This document shows, piece after piece, positions 1 to 10,300 of a stretch of 64,000 bases of DNA. The notes under the pieces were generated by a model. That model did not search any database, was not told the origin of the DNA, and was given only the letters and a program-made list of their open reading frames with translations. Every line of letters begins with the position of its first letter. Positions within the stretch are counted from its first letter, which is position 1. The translations under genes were made by a program, and so were the position numbers. This DNA is from the human T2T-CHM13v2.0 reference genome, Homo sapiens, in assembly GCF_009914755.1 (NCBI RefSeq), contig NC_060926.1, one strand, 5' to 3'.

Positions 1-161
1 AAAGGAAATATCTTCCCCTGAAAACTAGACAGAAGCATTCTCAGAAACTTATTTGTGATGTGCGCCCTCAACTAACAGTGTTGAAACTTTCTTTTGATAG
101 AGCAGTTTTGAAACACTCTTTTTGTAATATCTGCAAGAGGATATTTGGATAGCTTTGAGGA

Positions 162-178
162 TTTCGTTGGAAACGGGA
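162..178 (+). promoter_or_regulatory. CENP-B box in monomer A (first of roughly 188 box positions, one per ~340 bp)
   Basis: TTTCGTTGGAAACGGGA matches YTTCGTTGGAARCGGGA with the essential core nTTCGnnnnAnnCGGGn intact. Confidence 0.97.
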
Positions 179-503
179 TTGTCTTCATATAAAATCTAGA
201 CAGAAGCATTCTCAGAAGCTTCATTGGGATGTTTCAATTGAAGTCACAGTGTTGAACAGTCCCTTTCATAGAGCAGGTTTGAAACACTCTTTTTGTAGTA
301 TCTGGAAGTGGACATTTGGAGAGATCTCAGGAATACGGTGATAAAGGAAATATCTTCCAATAAAAGCTAGATAGAAGCAATGTCAGAAACTTTTTCATGA
401 TGTATCTACTCAGCTAACAGAGTTGAACCTTTCTTTTGAGAGAGCAGTTTTGAAACACTCTTTTTGTGGAATCTGCAAGTGGATATTTGTCTAGCTTTGA
501 GGA

Positions 504-520
504 TTTCGTTGGAAACGGGA
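504..520 (+). promoter_or_regulatory. CENP-B box in monomer C (representative)
   Basis: TTTCGTTGGAAACGGGA lies 342 bp after the box at 162 and 338 bp before the box at 842. Confidence 0.97.
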
Positions 521-670
521 TTACATATAAAAAGCAGACAGCAGCATTCCCCGAAACTTCTTTGTGTTGTTTGCATTCAAGTCACAGATTTGAACATTCC
601 CTTTCATAGAGCAGGTTTGAAACACTCTTTTTGTAGTATCTGGATGTGGACATTTTGAGCGCTTTGAGGC

Positions 671-687
671 CTATGGTGAAAAAGGAA
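671..687 (-). promoter_or_regulatory. pJalpha box (A-type box) in monomer D (representative)
   Basis: The + strand CTATGGTGAAAAAGGAA is the reverse complement of the TTCCTTTTYCACCRTAG consensus and sits at the position homologous to the CENP-B box in alternate monomers. Confidence 0.85.
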
Positions 688-715
688 ATCTCTTCCCCTG
701 AAAACTAGACAGAAG

Positions 716-1395
716 AATTCTCAGAATCTTATTTGTGATGTGCGCCCTCAACTAACAGTGTTGAAGCTTTCTTTTGATAGAGCAGTTTTGAAACACTCTT
801 TTTGTTAAATCTGCAAGAGGATATTTGGATAGCTTTGAGGATTTCGTTGGAAACGGGATTGTCTTCATATAAACTCTAGACAGAAGCATTCTCAGAAGCG
901 TCATTGGGATGTTTCAATTGAAGTCACAGTGTTGAACAGTCCCTTTCATAGAGCAGGTTTGAAACACTCTTTTTGTAGTATCTGGATGTGGACATTTGGA
1001 GCGCTTTCAGGCCTATGGTTTAAAAGGAAATATCTTCCCCTGAAAACTAGACAGAAGCATTCTCAGAAACTTATTTGTGATGTGCGCCCTCAACTAACAG
1101 TGTTGAAGCATTCTTTTGATAGAGCAGTTTTGAAACACTCTTTTTGTGGAATCTGCAAGTGGATATTTGTCTAGCTTTGAGGATTTCGTTGGAAACGGGA
1201 TTACATATAAAAAGCAGACAGCAGCATTCCCAGAAACTTCTTTGTGATGTTTGCATTCAAGTCACAGAGTTGAACATTCCCTTTCATAGAGCAGGTTTGA
1301 AACACTCTTTTTGTAGTATCTGGATGTGGACATTTGGAGCGCTTTCAGGCCTATGGTGAAAAAGGAAATATCTTCCCCTGAAAACTAGACAGAAG
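716..1395 (+). repeat. Chimeric 680-bp HOR variant 'H' (A, B/D hybrid, A/C hybrid, D); first of about 25 copies
   Basis: Monomer 887-1057 starts as B (cattgggatgtttcaattg) and ends as D (ggatgtgg...cccctgaaaactagac). Monomer 1058-1224 starts as A (gtgcgccctcaac) and ends as C (gtggaatctgcaagtgg...aagcagacagcag). Private markers are tggtttaaaagg and gaagcattctttt. Confidence 0.9.
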
Positions 1396-4300
1396 CATTC
1401 TCAGAATCTTATTTGTGATGTGCGCCCTCAACTAACAGTGTTGAAGCTTTCTTTTGATAGAGCAGTTTTGAAACACCCTTTTTGTAAAATCTGCAACAGG
1501 ATATTTGGATAGCTTTGAGGATTTCGTTGGAAACGGGATTGTCTTCATATAAACTCTAGACAGAAGCATTCTCAGAAGCTTCATTGGGATGTTTCAATTG
1601 AAGTCACAGTGTTGAACAGTCCCTTTCATAGAGCAGGTTTGAAACACTCTTTTTGTAGTATCTGGAAGTGGACATTTGGAGCGCACTCGGGACTGCGGTG
1701 AAAAAGGAAATATCTTCCAATAAAAGCTAGATAGAAGCAATGTCAGAAACTTTTTCATGATGTATCTACTCAGCTAACAGAGTTGAACCTTCATTTGAGA
1801 GAGCAGTTTTGAAACACTCGTTTTGTGGAATCTGCAAGTGGATATTTGTCTAGCTTTGAGGATTTTGTTGGAAACGGGATTACATATAAAAAGCAGACAG
1901 CAGCATTCCCAGAAACTTCTTTGTGATGTTTGCATTCAAGTCACAGAGTTGAACATTCCCTTTCATAGAGCAGGTTTGAAACACTCTTTTTGTAGTATCT
2001 GGATGTGGACATTTGCAGCGCTTTCAGGCCTAAGGTGAAAAAGGAAATATCTTCCCCTGAAAACTAGACAGAAGCATTCTCAGAAACTTATTTGTGATGT
2101 GCGCCCTCAACTAACAGTGTTGAAGCTTTCTTTTGATAGAGCAGTTTTGAAACACTCTTTTTGTAATATCTGCAAGAGGATATTTGGATAGCTTTGAGGA
2201 TTTCGTTGGAAACGGGATTGTCTTCATATAAACTCTAGACAGAAGCATTCTCAGAAGCTTCATTGGGATGTTTCAATTGAAGTCACAGTGTTGAACAGTC
2301 CCTTTCATAGAACAGGTTTGAAACACTCTTTTTGTAGTATCTGGAAGTGGACATTTGGAGCGCTCTCAGGACTATGGTGAAAAAGGAAATATCTTCCAAT
2401 AAAAGCTACATAGAAGCAATGTCAGAAACTTTTTCATGATGTATCTACTCAGCTAACAGAGTTGAACCTTTCCTTTGAGAGAGCAGTTTTGAAACACTCT
2501 TTTTGTGGAATCTGCAAGTGGATATTTGTCTAGCTTTGAGGATTTCGTTGGAAACGGGATTACATATAAAAAGCAGACAGCAGCATTCCCAGTAACTTCT
2601 TTGTGATGTTTGCATTCAAGTCACAGAGTTGAACATTCCCTTTCATAGAGCAGGTTTGAAACACTCTTTTTGTAGTATCTGGATGTGGACATTTGGAGCG
2701 CTTTCAGGCCTATGGTGAAAAAGGAAATATCTTCTCCTGAAAACTAGACAGAAGCTTTCTCAGAATCTTATTTGTGATGTGCGCCCTCAACTAACAGTGT
2801 TGAAGCTTTCTTTTGATAGAGCAGTTTTGAAACACTCTTTTTGTAATATCTGCAAGAGGATATTTGGATAGCTTTGAGGATTTCGTTGGAAACGGGATTG
2901 TCTTCATATAAACTCTAGACAGAAGCATTCTCAGAAGCTTCATTGAGATGTTTCAATTGAAGTCACAGTGTTGAACAGTCCCTTTCATAGAGCAGGTTTG
3001 AAACACTCTTTTTGTAGTATCTGGAAGTGGACATTTGGAGAGATCTCAGGAATACGGTGATAAAGGAAATATCTTCCAATAAAAGCTAGATAGAAGCAAT
3101 GTCAGAAACTTTTTCATGATGTATCTACTCAGCTAACAGAGTTGAACCTTTCTTTTGAGAGAGCAGTTTTGAAACACTCTTTTTGTGGAATCTGCAAGTG
3201 GATATTTGTCTAGCTTTGAGGATTTCGTTGGAAACGGGATTACATATAAAAAGCAGACAGCAGCATTCCCAGTAACTTCTTTGTGATGTTTGCATTCAAG
3301 TCACAGAGTTGAACATTCCCTTTCATACAGCAGGTTTGAAACACTCTTTTTGTAGTATCTGGATGTGGACATTTGGAGCGCTTTCAGGCCTATGGTGAAA
3401 AAGGAAATATCTTCCCCTGAAAACTAGACAGAAGAATTCTTAGAATCTTATTTGTGATGTGCGCCCTCAACTAACAGTGTTGAAGCTTTCTTTTGATAGA
3501 GCAGTTTTGAAACACTCTTTTTGTAAAATCTGCAAGAGGATATTTGGATAGCTTTGAGGATTTCGTTGGAAACGGGATTGTCTTCATATAAACTCTAGAC
3601 AGAAGCATTCTCAGAAGCGTCATTGGGATGTTTCAATTGAAGTCACAGTGTTGAACAGTCCCTTTCATAGAACAGGTTTGAAACACTCTTTTTGTAGTAT
3701 CTGGAAGTGGACATTTGGAGCGCTCTCAGGACTATGGTGAAAAAGGAAATATCTTCCAATAAAAGCTACATAGAAGCAATGTCAGAAACTTTTTCATGAT
3801 GTATCTACTCAGCTAACAGAGTTGAACCTTTCCTTTGAGAGAGCAGTTTTGAAACACTCTTTTTGTGGAATCTGCAAGTGGATATTTGTCTAGCTTTGAG
3901 GATTTCGTTGGAAACGGGATTACATATAAAAAGCAGACAGCAGCATTCCCAGTAACTTCTTTGTGATGTTTGCATTCAAGTCACAGAGTTGAACATTCCC
4001 TTTCATAGAGCAGGTTTGAAACACTCTTTTTGTAGTATCTGGATGTGGACATTTAGAGCGCTTTCAGGCCTATGGTGAAAAAGGAAATATCTTCTCCTGA
4101 AAACTAGACAGAAGCTTTCTCAGAATCTTATTTGTGATGTGCGCCCTCAACTAACAGTGTTGAAGCTTTCTTTTGATAGAGCAGTTTTGAAACACTCTTT
4201 TTGTAATATCTGCAAGAGGATATTTGGATAGCTTTGAGGATTTCGTTGGAAACGGGATTGTCTTCATATAAACTCTAGACAGAAGCATTCTCAGAAGCTT

Positions 4301-7300
4301 CATTGGGATGTTTCAATTGAAGTCACAGTGTTGAACAGTCCCTTTCATAGAGCAGGTTTGAAACACTCTTTTTGTAGTATCTGGAAGTGGACATTTGGAG
4401 AGATCTCAGGAATACGGTGATAAAGGAAATATCTTCCAATAAAAGCTAGATAGAAGCAATGTCAGAAACTTTTTCATGATGTATCTACTCAGCTAACAGA
4501 GTTGAACCTTTCTTTTGAGAGAGCAGTTTTGAAACACTCTTTTTGTGGAATCTGCAAGTGGATATTTGTCTAGCTTTGAGGATTTCGTTGGAAACGGGAT
4601 TACATATAAAAAGCAGACAGCAGCATTCCCAGTAACTTCTTTGTGATGTTTGCATTCAAGTCACAGAGTTGAACATTCCCTTTCATACAGCAGGTTTGAA
4701 ACACTCTTTTTGTAGTATCTGGATGTGGACATTTGGAGCGCTTTCAGGCCTATGGTGAAAAAGGAAATATCTTCCCCTGAAAACTAGACAGAAGAATTCT
4801 TAGAATCTTATTTGTGATGTGCGCCCTCAACTAACAGTGTTGAAGCTTTCTTTTGATAGAGCAGTTTTGAAACACTCTTTTTGTAAAATCTGCAAGAGGA
4901 TATTTGGATAGCTTTGAGGATTTCGTTGGAAACGGGATTGTCTTCATATAAACTCTAGACAGAAGCATTCTCAGAAGCGTCATTGGGATGTTTCAATTGA
5001 AGTCACAGTGTTGAACAGTCCCTTTCATAGAGCAGGTTTGAAACACTCTTTTTGTAGTATCTGGATGTGGACATTTGGAGCGCTTTAAGCCTATGGTTTA
5101 AAAGGAAATATCTTCCCCTGAAAACTAGACAGAAGCATTCTCAGAAACTTATTTGTGATGTGCGCCCTCAACTAACAGTGTTGAAGCATTCTTTTGATAG
5201 AGCAGTTTTGAAACACTCTTTTTGTGGAATCTGCAAGTGGATATTTGTCTAGCTTTGAGGATTTCGTTGGAAACGGGATTACATATAAAAAGCAGACAGC
5301 AGCATTCCCAGAAACTTCTTTGTGATGTTTGCATTCAAGTCACAGAGTTGAACATTCCCTTTCATAGAGCAGGTTTGAAACACTCTTTTTGTAGTATCTG
5401 GATGTGGACATTTGGAGCGCTTTCAGGCCTATGGTGAAAAAGGAAATATCTTCCCCTGAAAACTAGACAGAAGCATTCTCAGAATCTTATTTGTGATGTG
5501 CGCCCTCAACGAACAGTGTTGAAGCTTTCTTTTGAAAGAGCAGTTTTGAAACACTCTTTTTGTAATATCTGCAAGAGGATATTTGGATAGCTTTGAGGAT
5601 TTCGTTGGAAACGGGATTGTCTTCATATAAACTCTAGACAGAAGCATTCTCAGAAGCTTCATTGGGATGTTTCAATTGAAGTCACAGTGTTGAACAGTCC
5701 CTTTCATAGAGCAGGTTTGAAACACTCTTTTTGTAGTATCTGGAAGTGGACATTTGGAGCGCTCTCAGTACTGCGGTGAAAAAGGAAATATCTTCCAATA
5801 AAAGCTAGATAGAAGCAATGTCAGAAACTTTTTCATGATGTATCTACTCAGCTAACAGAGTTGAACCTTCCTTTGAGAGAGCAGTTTTGAAACACTCTTT
5901 TTGTGGAATCTGCAAGTGGATATTTGTCTAGCTTTGAGGATTTCGTTGGAAACGGGATTACATATAAAAAGCAGACAGCAGCATTCCCAGAAACTTCTTT
6001 GTGATGTTTGCATTCAAGTCACAGAGTTGAACATTCCCTTTCATAGAGCAGGTTTGAAACACTCTTTTTGTAGTATCTGGATGTGGACATTTGCAGCGCT
6101 TTCAGGCCTAAGGTGAAAAAGGAAATATCTTCCCCTGAAAACTAGACAGAAGCATTCTCAGAATCTTATTTGTGATGTGCGCCCTCAACTAACAGTGTTG
6201 AAGCTTTCTTTTGATAGAGCAGTTTTGAAACACTCTTTTTGTAATATCTGCAAGAGGATATTTGGATAGCTTTGAGGATTTCGTTGGAAACGGGATTGTC
6301 TTCATATAAACTCTAGACAGAAGCATTCTCAGAAGCTTCATTGGGATGTTTCAATTGAAGTCACAGTGTTGAACAGTCCCTTTCATAGAACAGGTTTGAA
6401 ACACTCTTTTTGTAGTATCTGGAAGTGGACATTTGGAGCGCTCTCAGGACTATGGTGAAAAAGGAAATATCTTCCAATAAAAGCTACATAGAAGCAATGT
6501 CAGAAACTTTTTCATGATGTATCTACTCAGCTAACAGAGTTGAACCTTTCCTTTGAGAGAGCAGTTTTGAAACACTCTTTTTGTGGAATCTGCAAGTGGA
6601 TATTTGTCTAGCTTTGAGGATTTCGTTGGAAACGGGATTACATATAAAAAGCAGACAGCAGCATTCCCAGTAACTTCTTTGTGATGTTTGCATTCAAGTC
6701 ACAGAGTTGAACATTCCCTTTCATAGAGCAGGTTTGAAACACTCTTTTTGTAGTATCTGGATGTGGACATTTGGAGCGCTTTCAGGCCTATGGTGAAAAA
6801 GGAAATATCTTCTCCTGAAAACTAGACAGAAGCATTCTCAGAATCTTATTTGTGATGTGCGCCCTCAACTAACAGTGTTGAAGCTTTCTTTTGATAGAGC
6901 AGTTTTGAAACACTCTTTTTGTAAAATCTGCAAGAGGATATTTGGATAGCTTTGAGGATTTCGTTGGAAACGGGATTGTCTTCATATAAACTCTAGACAG
7001 AAGCATTCTCAGAAGCGTCATTGGGATGTTTCAATTGAAGTCACAGTGTTGAACAGTCCCTTTCATAGAACAGGTTTGAAACACTCTTTTTGTAGTATCT
7101 GGAAGTGGACATTTGGAGCGCTCTCAGGACTATGGTGAAAAAGGAAATATCTTCCAATAAAAGCTACATAGAAGCAATGTCAGAAACTTTTTCATGATGT
7201 ATCTACTCAGCTAACAGAGTTGAACCTTTCCTTTGAGAGAGCAGTTTTGAAACACTCTTTTTGTGGAATCTGCAAGTGGATATTTGTCTAGCTTTGAGGA

Positions 7301-10300
7301 TTTCGTTGGAAACGGGATTACATATAAAAAGCAGACAGCAGCATTCCCAGTAACTTCTTTGTGATGTTTGCATTCAAGTCACAGAGTTGAACATTCCCTT
7401 TCATAGAGCAGGTTTGAAACACTCTTTTTGTAGTATCTGGATGTGGACATTTGGAGCGCTTTCAGGCCTATGGTGAAAAAGGAAATATCTTCTCCTGAAA
7501 ACTAGACAGAAGCATTCTCAGAATCTTATTTGTGATGTGCGCCCTCAACTAACAGTGTTGAAGCTTTCTTTTGATAGAGCAGTTTTGAAACACTCTTTTT
7601 GTAATATCTGCAAGAGGATATTTGGATAGCTTTGAGGATTTCGTTGGAAACGGGATTGTCTTCATATAAACTCTAGACAGAAGCATTCTCAGAAGCTTCA
7701 TTGGGATGTTTCAATTGAAGTCACAGTGTTGAACAGTCCCTTTCATAGAGCAGGTTTGAAACACTCTTTTTGTAGTATCTGGAAGTGGACATTTGGAGAG
7801 ATCTCAGGAATACGGTGATAAAGGAAATATCTTCCAATAAAAGCTAGATAGAAGCAATGTCAGAAACTTTTTCATGATGTATCTACTCAGCTAACAGAGT
7901 TGAACCTTTCTTTTGAGAGAGCAGTTTTGAAACACTCTTTTTGTGGAATCTGCAAGTGGATATTTGTCTAGCTTTGAGGATTTCGTTGGAAACGGGATTA
8001 CATATAAAAAGCAGACAGCAGCATTCCCAGTAACTTCTTTGTGATGTTTGCATTCAAGTCACAGAGTTGAACATTCCCTTTCATACAGCAGGTTTGAAAC
8101 ACTCTTTTTGTAGTATCTGGATGTGGACATTTGGAGCGCTTTCAGGCCTATGGTGAAAAAGGAAATATCTTCCCCTGAAAACTAGACAGAAGAATTCTCA
8201 GAATCTTATTTGTGATGTGCGCCCTCAACTAACAGTCTTGAAGCTTTCTTTTGATAGAGCAGTTTTGAAACACTCTTTTTGTAATATCTGCAAGAGGATA
8301 TTTGGATAGCTTTGAGGATTTCGTTGGAAACGGGATTGTCTTCATATAAACTCTAGACAGAAGCATTCTCAGAAGCTTCATTGGGATGTTTCAATTGAAG
8401 TCACAGTGTTGAACAGTCCCTTTCATAGAGCAGGTTTGAAACACTCTTTTTGTAGTATCTGGAAGTGGACATTTGGAGAGATCTCAGGAATACGGTGATA
8501 AAGGAAATATCTTCCAATAAAAGCTAGATAGAAGCAATGTCAGAAACTTTTTCATGATGTATCTACTCAGCTAACAGAGTTGAACCTTTCTTTTGAGAGA
8601 GCAGTTTTGAAACACTCTTTTTGTGGAATCTGCAAGTGGATATTTGTCTAGCTTTGAGGATTTCGTTGGAAACGGGATTACATATAAAAAGCAGACAGCA
8701 GCATTCCCAGTAACTTCTTTGTGATGTTTGCATTCAAGTCACAGAGTTGAACATTCCCTTTCATACAGCAGGTTTGAAACACTCTTTTTGTAGTATCTGG
8801 ATGTGGACATTTGGAGCGCTTTCAGGCCTATGGTGAAAAAGGAAATATCTTCCCCTGAAAACTAGACAGAAGAATTCTCAGAATCTTATTTGTGATGTGC
8901 GCCCTCAACTAACAGTCTTGAAGCTTTCTTTTGATAGAGCAGTTTTGAAACACTCTTTTTGTAAAATCTGCAAGAGGATATTTGGATAGCTTTGAGGATT
9001 TCGTTGGAAACGGGATTGTCTTCATATAAACTCTAGACAGAAGCATTCTCAGAAGCTTCATTGGGATGTTTCAATTGAAGTCACAGTGTTGAACAGTCCC
9101 TTTCATAGAGCAGGTTTGAAACACTCTTTTTGTAGTATCTGGAAGTGGACATTTGGAGAGATCTCAGGAATACGGTGATAAAGGAAATATCTTCCAATAA
9201 ACGCTACATAGAAGCAATGTCAGAAACTTTTTCATGATGTATCTACTCAGCTAACAGAGTTGAACCTTTCTTTTGAGAGAGCAGTTTTGAAACACTCTTT
9301 TTGTGGAATCTGCAAGTGGATATTTGTCTAGCTTTGAGGATTTCGTTGGAAACGGGATTACATATAAAAAGCAGACAGCAGCATTCCCAGTAACTTCTTT
9401 GTGATGTTTGCATTCAAGTCACAGAGTTGAACATTCCCTTTCATACAGCAGGTTTGAAACACTCTTTTTGTAGTATCTGGATGTGGACATTTGGAGCGCT
9501 TTCAGGCCTATGGTGAAAAAGGAAATATCTTCCCCTGAAAACTAGACAGAAGAATTCTTAGAATCTTATTTGTGATGTGCGCCCTCAACTAACAGTGTTG
9601 AAGCTTTCTTTTGATAGAGCAGTTTTGAAACACTCTTTTTGTAAAATCTGCAAGAGGATATTTGGATAGCTTTGAGGATTTCGTTGGAAACGGGATTGTC
9701 TTCATATAAACTCTAGACAGAAGCATTCTCAGAAGCGTCATTGGGATGTTTCAATTGAAGTCACAGTGTTGAACAGTCCCTTTCATAGAGCAGGTTTGAA
9801 ACACTCTTTTTGTAGTATCTGGATGTGGACATTTGGAGCGCTTTAAGCCTATGGTTTAAAAGGAAATATCTTCCCCTGAAAACTAGACAGAAGCATTCTC
9901 AGAAACTTATTTGTGATGTGCGCCCTCAACTAACAGTGTTGAAGCATTCTTTTGATAGAGCAGTTTTGAAACACTCTTTTTGTGGAATCTGCAAGTGGAT
10001 ATTTGTCTAGCTTTGAGGATTTCGTTGGAAACGGGATTACATATAAAAAGCAGACAGCAGCATTCCCAGAAACTTCTTTGTGATGTTTGCATTCAAGTCA
10101 CAGAGTTGAACATTCCCTTTCATAGAGCAGGTTTGAAACACTCTTTTTGTAGTATCTGGATGTGGACCTTTGGAGCGCTTTCAGGCCTATGGTGAAAAAG
10201 GAAATATCTTCCCCTGAAAACTAGACAGAAGCATTCTCAGAATCTTATTTGTGATGTGCGCCCTCAACGAACAGTGTTGAAGCTTTCTTTTGAAAGAGCA

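Larger units (their letters stand above)
36..715 (+). repeat. Representative canonical 4-mer HOR: A 36-206 (171 bp), B 207-377 (171 bp), C 378-544 (167 bp), D 545-715 (171 bp)
   Basis: Monomer starts (cattctcag/caatgtcag/cattccc) were read directly at 36, 207, 378, 545 and 716; the lengths sum to 680. Confidence 0.93.

Noticed and set aside
355-535. AATAAA and TATAAA motifs as polyadenylation signal or TATA box
   Set aside because: They are intrinsic parts of AT-rich monomers repeated in nearly every HOR, with no independent support for function.
162-858. CRISPR-like pattern of a constant ~30-bp motif with regular spacing
   Set aside because: The intervening sequences are themselves repeats rather than unique spacers, no cas genes are present, and the motif is the CENP-B box.
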